Shown here: positions 1 through 10,221 of the stretch, piece by piece
Numbering within the stretch: position 1 is the first letter of the stretch
How the letters are laid out: each line of letters opens with the position of its first letter
NCBI GenBank assembly: GCA_020184695.1
Contig: JAANOX010000070.1
Coordinates: 248,001-312,000, forward strand
From: Histomonas meleagridis 2922-C6/04-290x
Taxonomy: Eukaryota > Protista > Parabasalia
Length of the DNA stretch: 64,000 bases
Direction of reading: 5' to 3'
The notes under the pieces: model-generated
What the model was told of the DNA's origin: nothing
Databases searched by the model: none
The model's input: the letters and a program-made list of their open reading frames with translations, nothing else
Position numbers and translations under genes: made by a program

Positions 1-945
1 ATTATTTAAATATATATTTAAACTTTTCAATTTTGAACACTTTATTTCACTTTATCAAATAACAAGTTCAAAAATCTAAAAAAAATACCATCCACAATTT
101 CTAATTAAATTCTATAATAATAATTTAGAATAAATACTGTAATTTTATAATTGATCTTATCTATGCAATATTGGTATAAAAAAGTAATAGTTTCAAGTAA
201 TAAATTTATTTTGTTCCATTCGGGATAAAGTATTGAATACCATACGATTGAAAATAATTTGATAGAGCGGTTCCTTCAATAATTTGACTCGAATGAAAAA
301 TTGAGTTACTGAGAAAAATATTTATAATGACATCATATAGTAAATTATTGTGAATGATAATTTAAATATATTATCAATATATATAAGTGAACATTGATGC
401 GATGCAATTTTATATTTGACTCCATTTTTCGTCATAATAAGTTAAATTTTAAATCGATCGTTGCCAATCTGCCAAATCATCAAATCTAAAATTGACATTA
501 TCGTCTTAGCTTTTTGATATATTTATTATATGAACTGACAAAATCCCTTTACACAAATCACTTTTTTCAGTAAAAAAGTGGCGTTTTTATATTCGTTACT
601 TTTTGTAAACCATGCAAATATTCTGAACGTTTTGCAAATTTGAATTATAATTTTAATAAGCTTTCAAAAATTTCTGACAGAGATTTGACAACCATGAGTC
701 GGCTATTTATCGACAATTTGATTTTTTCATTATCCCAGTTATCAATATTTTTTCCAGGTGTCAAAGACTTTTATCTGGTGAATAAAGCATGAATTAACGA
801 ATTTTAGATAAATTGAAATTCCAGGGTACGTTTATGAATGAAATTATCACCTTTGAAAAGTGGTCTGAAAACATTAACGAACTCTCTATCAAATTCCTAT
901 CGTTTCTATTTTGTGCAACATAATTGAGAAAGTTTGGTTAATTTG

Positions 946-2703
946 ATGACAAGGCAACAACAAGCAGATCCATCCTTCGTTTTAAACTTTTTTATAGAAG
1001 AACTAAATAGCGACAATGTAAATCACCGCCTCTTTGCAGCAAACAACATATCTTTAGTAGCTGCTGCAATGGGCCCTGAACACGCAAGGAATGAATTGAT
1101 GCAATATTTAATGTCAGCTAACCAGCTTGATGGAGAGGTTCAGATGTATCTTGCAAGCTGCTTTGGATCTTTAATTAAATATGTTGGCGGTCCTGAATAT
1201 TGCCATGTTTTACTTGGTCCACTAAAAGTTTTAGCATCAGCTGAAGAATCCATAGTTCGTGATAAAGCAATAGAAAGTATGGGAGTTGTTTGTGAATCAA
1301 TTCCACAAGCAAATGCTGATTCTAATCTTATGTCAACATGCAAAGATCTTGCAAACGCAGAATTTTTTACAGCACGATCATCAGCATGTGCTTTTGCCAT
1401 CAAAGTTTACTCCAAAGTCAATGATTCGAATAAGGCAATTTTAAGAACAATTTATAAAGGGTTATGCAAAGATGAAACTCCAATGGTTCGCCGTAGCGCC
1501 CTCAAATATCTTCCACAACTTTGTGAATTCCTTCCACCAAATATTATCATTGGTGAAATTGCAAAAGATATTCTTTCAGCTGCTGTCAATGATGACGAAG
1601 ATTCAGTTCGTCTGCTTGTTCCAGCCACACTTTCTGTTATATCTGGCAAACTTAATGAGAATGATAGAAATGCTTTAATAATTTCTCTCCTCAAAATTAT
1701 CATAAAGGATGGAAGCTGGAGAGTACGGTCTTCACTTGCTAATGAGCTTCCAGCAATTTCTAAGCCATTTACAGCCGAAGTTATTATGAATGAGATATGT
1801 CCAATCCTCTTCCGTTTGATGCGTGATCCTGAAGCCGAAACCAAAGCCACTTCTGTCAAAACTGTTTCAGGGATTCTTCCTTTACTTAAAGGGAATGAAT
1901 CATTTATTGCAGATAAGTTCATTCCAGAATTTTCTAATCTTGCCAAAGATGGCGCTCCCCAAGTCAGACGAGAAGTTTCACTCCGTCTTATGGAGTTAGC
2001 ATCCGTAATTGATCATCACAACACCAACGAGTCTATCGTCCCACTTTTCATTAAAATTTTGAGAGACAACGATAACGAAGCAAGTGTGGCACTTTTAACC
2101 TCTCTTTTAACGTACGCTGACAAAATTGACTTAGCTGCAATAACACCTCCAATTCTCCCTGTTATTCTTGAAATAGCAGGGGAAACGCATTGGAGAGTTA
2201 AAGTTGTCATTATTAAGTTAATTCCATCTTTTGCACATGTTCTTGGACTTGATGAATTTAGTCGAAAACTATTTCCATTAGTAACATCATGGCTCACAGA
2301 TAGTATTTATAGTGTTCGTGATCATATGTCCAAACAACTTGGGGCACTAGTTCAACAATTTGGTGTTGATTGGTGTGTACAAACATTAGCGCCTGTTATT
2401 TTACAATTCAAGAAACATCAAAACTACTTAATACGACAAGTGACACTTATGTGCGTAACACAGCTGCATGGCTTCGTGCCTATGAATGTCCTCATCAAGT
2501 ACTTTTTGCCAGTTGTGCTTCAAATGTCAACCGATAGAGTGGTGAACGTTAAGTTTATGGTGGCGAAAACATTGTTATTGTTTGTAGGCACTAATGAGCC
2601 AAAAGTTAACCAACAGATCCAAATTTGCTTAAAGACATTGTCAAATGACCCGGACACAGATGTCAAATATTTTGCTTGTATGGCATTGTTGAAGTGTCAA
2701 TAA
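946..2703 (+). CDS. PPP2R1A: Protein phosphatase 2A scaffold (A/PR65) subunit, HEAT repeats
   Basis: N-terminus FFIEELNSDNVNHRLFAANNISLVAAAMGPEHARNEL matches the PR65 start. HEAT motifs follow (EESIVRDKA, DETPMVRRSA, DGSWRVR, HWRVK, DRVVNVKF, DPDTDVKYFA). About 585 aa. First ATG is at 946; the ORF-track start at 934 is TTG. Confidence 0.93.
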   Translation: MTRQQQADPSFVLNFFIEELNSDNVNHRLFAANNISLVAAAMGPEHARNELMQYLMSANQLDGEVQMYLASCFGSLIKYVGGPEYCHVLLGPLKVLASAEESIVRDKAIESMGVVCESIPQANADSNLMSTCKDLANAEFFTARSSACAFAIKVYSKVNDSNKAILRTIYKGLCKDETPMVRRSALKYLPQLCEFLPPNIIIGEIAKDILSAAVNDDEDSVRLLVPATLSVISGKLNENDRNALIISLLKIIIKDGSWRVRSSLANELPAISKPFTAEVIMNEICPILFRLMRDPEAETKATSVKTVSGILPLLKGNESFIADKFIPEFSNLAKDGAPQVRREVSLRLMELASVIDHHNTNESIVPLFIKILRDNDNEASVALLTSLLTYADKIDLAAITPPILPVILEIAGETHWRVKVVIIKLIPSFAHVLGLDEFSRKLFPLVTSWLTDSIYSVRDHMSKQLGALVQQFGVDWCVQTLAPVILQFKKHQNYLIRQVTLMCVTQLHGFVPMNVLIKYFLPVVLQMSTDRVVNVKFMVAKTLLLFVGTNEPKVNQQIQICLKTLSNDPDTDVKYFACMALLKCQ

Positions 2704-2964
2704 ATTTTAAATTGATATCGATTTATTAATTCTTTTTTTGTGTTTAGAATTAAAGTTTTGGAAAAAGATAAAAAATTGATATCTGACATCAAAAATAATT
2801 ATGTTTAAAACTTAGTTTTTCTAACGTAATTTAGCACATTGATGTAATTAAAAAGGTTTTATTTGGAATAAGTTTAAGGGAAAATATTTTTTAGATTTTC
2901 TTTCGTTTTTTTTTTTTGTTTTTGGAACAGGTTCGACGGTTTTTTGAAAGTGAAGTTCAAAAAA

Positions 2965-5900
2965 ATGTCAACTGGTGAGCAAGAAAATCACCTTGAAATA
3001 CCAAACTTTGAGGATGTACCATCTTCAATTGAAGAATGTGAGAAAATCCTTTGCCAAATACTTAATTTTCAAGAATTTGATGAGCTCATTCAACATCTAA
3101 AAGAAAATGCACATTTTTCAAAATGTCAAGAATCTTGGGAGACTTCTCAACTTTCAATCACTTGCAAGCAATGTTCTGTAACAGATAGTGGATGTATATG
3201 TCTTGGATGCTATCTAAATGGAAATCATGAAGGACATTCAATTCGTATCGATCCTTTTTCAGTAGGAAACTGTGATTGTGGAGACACCGATCTATGGAAA
3301 CCATCAGGGTTTTGTGCAAATCATTCACATCAAGAAGAATTTCAAAATATATCTGATATTCCCGAATCTATTTTAAGCCCATTAGAACAAATGTTTGACA
3401 ATGCATTACCCCAGATCATCAAGCTTAATAAGAGTGATCCGGATGCTTCATCTGAATTAATTTTCTGGCTTATCAGATTTTGTCAAATTGGTGATTCATA
3501 TCGCCGCCTGCTTGTTACGTCATTATCCAAGGGCACAATTCTTGTTGATTTTTTATTATCCAGTTTAGAAACGACGAATGATAACATGGAAATAATTATT
3601 GAACTTTTTGGGTGTTGCATTAATGACTCATTATTTAAAGTCACATTTTCCAATGCTATTTTCACCACATATTTTGACATTATTGATTATAAGTTCAAAT
3701 TAATGCTTGAAGAAAATATCGAATATAAAAAGATCGATCACATAATACATTTTTCATTCCATTGTTTCTCCATCAAAAATCTCATCCAATGCTATGAGAA
3801 GTATAATTTTGATTGGCCCGAATTTTATATTAAATTAATTAAATCGATTCAATCCAAAACATTAACAATAATTTCTAAATCCGATGATGCCATTAATCAA
3901 ATCAAAATATCTGGCGGAGAATTTTCTTCATATCATTTATTAGTTTACATATTAAAAGAGGACCAATTCAAAGATAAATTCCAAAAATTTATTGAAGATT
4001 TAGAAGATATAATTCTTGATAAGGCGGCAATATATTATGCGAATATTCATCAAGAAAATCAACAATTTGATTTCTTTCAATTTGTTGAATATAGTTTAGC
4101 AATGGCTACAACATGTGAATCATTAAAAGAATGTAAATATATTGACTTAAAGAACCCATTAAATAAGTTTTATAATTATCTTAAAGATAATTATATAAAT
4201 GAAAATTTGACGCAATCGATTTTTAATAGTTGCAATGTATCATTGTTTCTTCCACCTTTCTTCTTTTTAAAGGATTTATTATTATCTAAGAAAGAAGAAA
4301 ACATTAAAACAATTCTAAAGAATTCAATTGATAATGTCGATGAATTCTTATTATTAACATCGATAAATATTCAACGAATATTAATATTAATATATTTCAT
4401 ATTCCATCAATTATTAAGTGAATGTCATGGCTTTAAATATTTCATATATCAAATGCGGAATTATTTTAGGCTTTTTAGACATATAAGTAACTTAATGCAA
4501 TTGTGTTCAGGTTATATTGAAGATAAAGAGAAATTAATTAATGCAATTGCTTCAACTGTTGGTATATTTGATGAAGAAGAACATAATGATTTAATATATT
4601 TCATTTTTATGCATTTCATTTCAACATTAATATTCGATCGAATATTAATATTTAATGATGAATATAATCGTGCAAAACAAAAGTTAATAACAAAATTATT
4701 ATTTAAACAAAAGCCTTATGAAGCATTACAACAAATTATTAATCAATCGAATATTGAAACGAATGAAGAAATTAAAAATCTTTTGGATGAAATTTCGATT
4801 TTCTTACCTTCACCAAAAGGTATATTATTTAAACTTAAATCAAATAAATTATGGGATCCTTTAGCACCACTTTATTCATCTAATTCAGTTATATCGAAAT
4901 ATTCGAAATATATTGCAAAATATCCAAATGAATTAATGCCTTTTAAGGAATTCATTAAAGAGCCTTATGATATGGATTTACATTCGATTTTATTCACGCC
5001 AACACTTTTAGCCATCGAATATTATGTATTATTATGTAAAAAGTCACAAGAAACAAATCAATTAATATTAAATTTACTTTTAACAGCATCAAAATTTAGA
5101 AACAAAGAAAATAATAATAATACGAAAAATGTTGTTGAACCAATTAAAGTTAATAATATTAAAGAATTAATTACAAAAATTCCAAATGATTTCGAAACTT
5201 TAATGTATCAGAAATTCATATTCCAATCAAATGAACCTAAATCATTTGTTGATTTAATTAGTTCATTAGGTGAAATCGGAATTAATGTATTAATTGATAT
5301 GAATATTTCATATGAAAATAAGACAACAAATAACACAAATACAAATGAAAACAAAAATAAAGTTTCTAATCTTAAATCATCTATATTACAAAACTTTAAT
5401 ATGAAACAACAACAATTTGTCGAAATTAATGAATTTAATATCGAAGAAGAGAAAGAAGAAAATGATTTATGTTGTGCATGTCGAACATGTTTAAAGCCAA
5501 ATGAAGTATTATTTTATCCATTATATTCATATTATTCTAAAATCCCTGTTATGTATGATAAATATGAAAAACCTAATAAAGTCGCATGTTTTACTATGTG
5601 TAAACATTTAATACATTCGCAATGTTTAGATAATGAATGTCCTGTTGATCGATTAGAACGTAATTTGATATTACCGAAACTTGATAACATTCCCGAAAAC
5701 GAATTAATTAATTCCGAAACAGTAATCGAAGCAGTGAATGTATTTAAAAATCATTTCGAAGATGAAACTGATCCAATGAATTTTGTCGCATTATCATTTT
5801 GTTATATGATAGTAACATTTGAAGTACGAATTCGTGCTAAACCGAATTGTTTAAGTCCGGATAAATATTCATTGTTAGCACGTAATATGTTTTTAAGTTT

Positions 5901-6600
5901 ACGAATTATTTATCAGAAATTGAAATGTGAAATCGATAAATATAAATTTACATATTTCCAAAATTTTATTTATGACTTAATTAAATCGAATGATCCGAAC
6001 TCTGAATTCATTGAAATTGTTAATAAACATATCAACGAATTCAAGGAAATCGAATTATATATATTCTTAAGAAGAATTCGTATCATCGAAAAGTTCGTTT
6101 TATGGATTAATACCGAAAACGAATTCGATTTAACATATAAAACGTTATGCGAAAGATATAACGTAAATTATGATAATAACGAATATGAATTACAGCCATT
6201 TAAACTATTTCCGATACCGAAGAACTTTTTGCACTTCGGTCTTCCGCCGTATAACTTCATTCCAATCCTTAAAACAGGAGGCGTCCAAATATTCATGTGT
6301 CTGTTGGATGGTTACGTGTCGATAGGCAAAAATATCATTATGAACTTCTTGGAATTGGGAGAAGATATGGCGCTGATGATGTCGCTGAGCATGAATCATT
6401 CCGTAATAATACTGATGAGGAAAACTGGCGTGCCGGGGCAGCTGGCGATAACAAAGGTGCCGTCGGTGTACGTGGACTTTCTCGGTAACGAGGGAAACGG
6501 ATTCCAAAATGGATTCGAGCTGTTTTTGTCCGAGGAGAAATACGAACAACTCGCAGACGACTTTTTGTCTGGAGAGGTCATAAAGTATAAAGAACAATAA
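2965..6600 (+). CDS. UBR-box (N-recognin type) E3 ubiquitin ligase-like protein
   Basis: UBR box CKQCSVTDSGCICLGCYLNGNHEGH...GNCDCGDTDLWKPSGFCANH near the N-terminus. RING-like segment CCACRTC...CKHLIHSQCLDNECPVDR. ATG at 2965. Confidence 0.85.
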   Translation: MSTGEQENHLEIPNFEDVPSSIEECEKILCQILNFQEFDELIQHLKENAHFSKCQESWETSQLSITCKQCSVTDSGCICLGCYLNGNHEGHSIRIDPFSVGNCDCGDTDLWKPSGFCANHSHQEEFQNISDIPESILSPLEQMFDNALPQIIKLNKSDPDASSELIFWLIRFCQIGDSYRRLLVTSLSKGTILVDFLLSSLETTNDNMEIIIELFGCCINDSLFKVTFSNAIFTTYFDIIDYKFKLMLEENIEYKKIDHIIHFSFHCFSIKNLIQCYEKYNFDWPEFYIKLIKSIQSKTLTIISKSDDAINQIKISGGEFSSYHLLVYILKEDQFKDKFQKFIEDLEDIILDKAAIYYANIHQENQQFDFFQFVEYSLAMATTCESLKECKYIDLKNPLNKFYNYLKDNYINENLTQSIFNSCNVSLFLPPFFFLKDLLLSKKEENIKTILKNSIDNVDEFLLLTSINIQRILILIYFIFHQLLSECHGFKYFIYQMRNYFRLFRHISNLMQLCSGYIEDKEKLINAIASTVGIFDEEEHNDLIYFIFMHFISTLIFDRILIFNDEYNRAKQKLITKLLFKQKPYEALQQIINQSNIETNEEIKNLLDEISIFLPSPKGILFKLKSNKLWDPLAPLYSSNSVISKYSKYIAKYPNELMPFKEFIKEPYDMDLHSILFTPTLLAIEYYVLLCKKSQETNQLILNLLLTASKFRNKENNNNTKNVVEPIKVNNIKELITKIPNDFETLMYQKFIFQSNEPKSFVDLISSLGEIGINVLIDMNISYENKTTNNTNTNENKNKVSNLKSSILQNFNMKQQQFVEINEFNIEEEKEENDLCCACRTCLKPNEVLFYPLYSYYSKIPVMYDKYEKPNKVACFTMCKHLIHSQCLDNECPVDRLERNLILPKLDNIPENELINSETVIEAVNVFKNHFEDETDPMNFVALSFCYMIVTFEVRIRAKPNCLSPDKYSLLARNMFLSLRIIYQKLKCEIDKYKFTYFQNFIYDLIKSNDPNSEFIEIVNKHINEFKEIELYIFLRRIRIIEKFVLWINTENEFDLTYKTLCERYNVNYDNNEYELQPFKLFPIPKNFLHFGLPPYNFIPILKTGGVQIFMCLLDGYVSIGKNIIMNFLELGEDMALMMSLSMNHSVIILMRKTGVPGQLAITKVPSVYVDFLGNEGNGFQNGFELFLSEEKYEQLADDFLSGEVIKYKEQ

Positions 6601-7212
6601 ATTAATGAAAATCAAATTTTATTTTAGGGATTAAGCTGTGATAAGTCTCTTATATTAATTTGGTAATATATCGTTTTGATATAAATGTTTCCATCGTATG
6701 TTGATCTGTAGGAACGTAATTTGAAGTTTATATCGTTTTTGATGGTAAATTTAGTGATATCCTTTCATCAATCAATTGATTTTTACTTACATATGCATGG
6801 ATTCATAAGTATTTATACTTTAGTAGTCATTTAAAATAAAATGCAAAGACAGATTTTTGTATTTTTGCTCTGGTCATTAGTTTAAAAATAGAAAAAAATT
6901 ATTAAAATAAATATAAAAAGATAATTAGTAACATGAGTTTCATATATTTTTTAATTTTAACTTCTGGTTCTAATTTTGAAATTTTCGAGATTGATCATAA
7001 CAAAATATGATATTAAAATTTAAACATATTAGTTTTATTAACTATGATGTATAGGATAATTTATTTTAATTTAATTCAAAGAAAAATAAAAAAAAAATAA
7101 TTTATTTTTTTGATTCAAAACGACCGTTTATTTGACATTTTTTCACTTCATCGGAGTCACTTTTCTCTGTGGTTATCAGGAAAGTAGTCAATTATTCAAA
7201 AGTGGCATTTGG

Positions 7213-9372
7213 ATGTCATCCCAGCTTCCTTACAACCTTCAATGGGCACAAGCTGATCTTGACAAAGCCTTAGCTAAGTTTGACCCAATTGCCGTCCGCG
7301 CCGGTCTTCAGGATCTTCTTAACCAACTTACATGGGGCGTTGATGTATCTCCTCTTTTAGGTGTTATTATTATGGCTTCGGAAACACACGATATTCCATG
7401 CAAACGTATGGTTTACACTATCATGACAAGCATTGCTCGTAAGGATCCGAATACATCAATTCTCATCACAAATACACTCTTAAAGGATTGTGCTAGTGAT
7501 AACCCAATCGTCCGTGGTATGGCTCTTCGTGCAATATGTGATATTGAGATCACAACAATGCAAGATGAACTTCCAAAAATTGTCGCTCTTGGTCTTGCAG
7601 ATACAAACCCATACGTAAGAAGAATGGCCGTTCTCGCTACCATACACTTAAACCGTGTTATGCATTCAGCAATCGAAGAAAAAGGTATTGTTAATCGTTT
7701 GTATGAATTACTTCGTGATCGTGATCCACAAATCATTTGTAACTCTCTCTTTGCCCTTGCCGATATTCTCAAGGACGATGGCGGTATTGCTTTCGATGTT
7801 AGTCTTATTCATCATCTTGTCAATTCATTACCAAAATTCAGTGAATGGGCTCAATCAGAAGCTATGCAAGTTATTTCTCAATATGTTCCATCCTCAGACA
7901 AAGAAAGATATGACCTTATGAACATCATTGATCAATTCTTATCATCATCTGCAGCTGCTGTTCTTACTGCTGCAGCAAAGATTCTTATCACACTCACGAA
8001 TGAACGTGGTGATCTTCAACGTCAAGTTGTTGGCCGTGCTTTACCAAAATTCATCACACAAATACATTCAGCTTCACCAGAACTTCAATTCTGCCTTCTT
8101 AAACACTTAGTAGTTCTTGCAAAGCGCTTCCCAACAGTTTTCAAGCCACATATCCCACATTTCTATGTCAATTTTTCAGATGATCCAACAGTTGCTCGTG
8201 CTAAGTTTGAACTTCTTGAGGTTATAACAGATGACATTTACGCTCGTGAAGTTATTGATACCACAGCCCGTTATGTTCTTCTTGAAAAACCATTAACTAT
8301 TGAATATGCCATCAAACTTATGCGTGACTTAGCACTTCGTCTTCCATCCTCAGTACAATTCATCATTTCCAAGATGCGTCTTTTCTTTGATATGAAGCGT
8401 CATAATCTCATCAATCAATGTCTCATTATCTTACCCGATTTAATGAGAAGACTTCCATTATCCCTTCCAGACTTCATATCTTTACTCCCAGCAGAGCCAC
8501 CCAACGAACTTTCAGGCCCAGCCCTTGGTTCATACGCATGGATCCTCGGTGAATATGGCGACCGTTTGCCCGACAGCGTCTACTGTTTGGAGCACCTCAT
8601 GTTACGCTCTTGGGGCGCCCCGACCGATGCAAAAAGTGACATCTCAGCACATGATGAGCAATCCATGATGAAGATTTGTTTAATGACAGCCTTAGCCAAA
8701 TTATTCTTCATTACTCCAGGAGAAGCACGTCCAGTATTAGCCCAATCCCTCTCATTAGGTGTCAAAGACAATCATCCCGGCGTCAAATCTCGCGCATTAT
8801 TCTTATACAACTTATTCAAAGCTGATTTAGAAGCAGCACGTGCCGCATTATTAACATCCAAGCAAAGCATGGAACCATTTGTTGAAGACGCAGATGCCGA
8901 AAACACAGATATGATATTCGATGAATTTAACACATTCTCAGTCATATACGAGCAGCCACAAGCAGATTGGGACAAAGGACAAGAAGAACTCGACCTCGAG
9001 ATCGACGAGGAGGAAGAAGAGGACCAACCAGAGCACCGTCTCGAGGACTTCGAAGAGATATCGCCGGAGGACTTCCAGGCCGTGTGGACGAGCCCAGAGG
9101 TGCACATCATCGAGGACTCCGTCAACCTCGGCTTCGAGCTCGACTTGTCTTCGTTCGTTGACGCGCTCGTGGCAGCGAACGTCGGAGTTATGGCGTCGGG
9201 CGCAACTGAGGACGGAGGATCGAAGGTGTTCGCGTACGGATACATCGAAGGAAATTTGGTGCTCATCGAATGCGTCGAGAAAGGAGGAGAAATGTCGTTC
9301 ACGATCAAGGCGGAGACCGACGCATTGGCCGAGCAGTTCAAAGACTTTTGGCTTGGGCTCTTTAATGAATAA
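7213..9372 (+). CDS. AP4B1: Beta-adaptin, most similar to AP-4 complex beta subunit
   Basis: Adaptin N region KRMVY...TNTLLKDCASDNPIVRGMALRAIC...GLADTNPYVRRMAV, an acidic hinge, and a short platform-only ear (ISPEDFQAVW...NVGVMASG...VFAYG) as in beta-4. ATG at 7213. Confidence 0.8.
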   Translation: MSSQLPYNLQWAQADLDKALAKFDPIAVRAGLQDLLNQLTWGVDVSPLLGVIIMASETHDIPCKRMVYTIMTSIARKDPNTSILITNTLLKDCASDNPIVRGMALRAICDIEITTMQDELPKIVALGLADTNPYVRRMAVLATIHLNRVMHSAIEEKGIVNRLYELLRDRDPQIICNSLFALADILKDDGGIAFDVSLIHHLVNSLPKFSEWAQSEAMQVISQYVPSSDKERYDLMNIIDQFLSSSAAAVLTAAAKILITLTNERGDLQRQVVGRALPKFITQIHSASPELQFCLLKHLVVLAKRFPTVFKPHIPHFYVNFSDDPTVARAKFELLEVITDDIYAREVIDTTARYVLLEKPLTIEYAIKLMRDLALRLPSSVQFIISKMRLFFDMKRHNLINQCLIILPDLMRRLPLSLPDFISLLPAEPPNELSGPALGSYAWILGEYGDRLPDSVYCLEHLMLRSWGAPTDAKSDISAHDEQSMMKICLMTALAKLFFITPGEARPVLAQSLSLGVKDNHPGVKSRALFLYNLFKADLEAARAALLTSKQSMEPFVEDADAENTDMIFDEFNTFSVIYEQPQADWDKGQEELDLEIDEEEEEDQPEHRLEDFEEISPEDFQAVWTSPEVHIIEDSVNLGFELDLSSFVDALVAANVGVMASGATEDGGSKVFAYGYIEGNLVLIECVEKGGEMSFTIKAETDALAEQFKDFWLGLFNE

Positions 9373-9559
9373 ACAAAGTCAACTCACAATGAAAATGTGA
9401 ATACTGAAGAGATGCAATGCGTCGCGCGTTCGAATTTTGGAGCAATGTCTAAATTATGTGAAAGGGCTGCGCAGCCATAACCAGTCATGGCAATATCAAC
9501 TGGGGTAAGGTTTAAAAAGCAGTTTATGTATGATAAGAATTGGGTGTTTTTATCAGAAC

Positions 9560-9870
9560 CTAAAGCACCTGACATCAGCAACTGCTTCGAATAATTCATT
9601 AATTCCTTCACCTGTTTCAAAATATTAAATTCACGTGCTAATCTCTTTGATTCCGATAAGCTTACAACCCTTTGTTCGATTAAATCAATTTTTTTACAGA
9701 CGATGAAGAGGGATCTGCCTTCAGCATTTTGGTTACCCAATCACCCAAATTGCCCAAATTATTTGATAAATAATGAACATTATCTATTTTTATACAAAAG
9801 TGTTGGCAATATTTTTTTGCTCACAAAAACTGCGATGATTTGAGAAGGCGGATATTTGATAACTTTACAT
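9560..9870 (-). pseudogene. Decayed Rab/Ras-family small GTPase
   Basis: Pieces in different minus-strand frames: NLGNLGDWVTKML (after switch II), LFIVCKKIDLIEQRVVSLSESKRLAREFNI (G4 NKxD region), and YFETGEGINELFEAVA (G5 region lacking SAK). Contains stops and frameshifts. Confidence 0.6.
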
Positions 9871-10087
9871 TATTATTTGAGAAGTTACAGAAAATTGCGC
9901 TACAAATTAGATTAAAAACCTTGTGTATGGTATTGTTGAGCGCTACCAATCGTCAGGGGTTATTTCAGGATGGTGAGGAACTTATGTACAATTTAGATAG
10001 GTTCAGCAGAAGAGGCTCAAGGCTTATATCATTTTTGTACATGGATAGCGGCTCGTCCTGCGATGATCACACCGCATTTCCACATCC

Positions 10088-10135
10088 TTTTTTGAATGCC
10101 CTCTCAATCCAATACGATCAATTTCAACACAAAAA
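10088..10135 (-). repeat. Dispersed repeat copy A (46/48 identical to 27917-27964)
   Basis: Reverse complement is tttttgtgttgaaattgatcgtattggattgagagggcattcaaaaaa, compared directly with copy B. Confidence 0.9.
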
Positions 10136-10204
10136 TCCCAACCGTCATTATAAAAAGGCGATAGGCATTCAATTTGTTTCTTTATTTAAAGGCAAGGAAA
10201 AAAT

Positions 10205-10210
10205 TCATTT
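10205..10210 (+). promoter_or_regulatory. Trichomonad initiator (Inr) TCATTT
   Basis: Lies 17 nt before the ATG at 10222. Equivalent TCA(T/C)T elements precede several other ATGs, e.g. 46906-46910 (+), 28836-28840 (-) and upstream of POLA2 and RNASEK. Confidence 0.6.
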
Positions 10211-10221
10211 CTCCAAAAATA

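Noticed and set aside
1140-9400. Antisense or overlapping track ORFs (e.g. 1140-1403, 1452-1946, 6205-6615, 7413-7772, 8772-9341, 8921-9400)
   Set aside because: Shadows of real genes, longest where GC is locally high and stops are scarce. No recognisable motifs.
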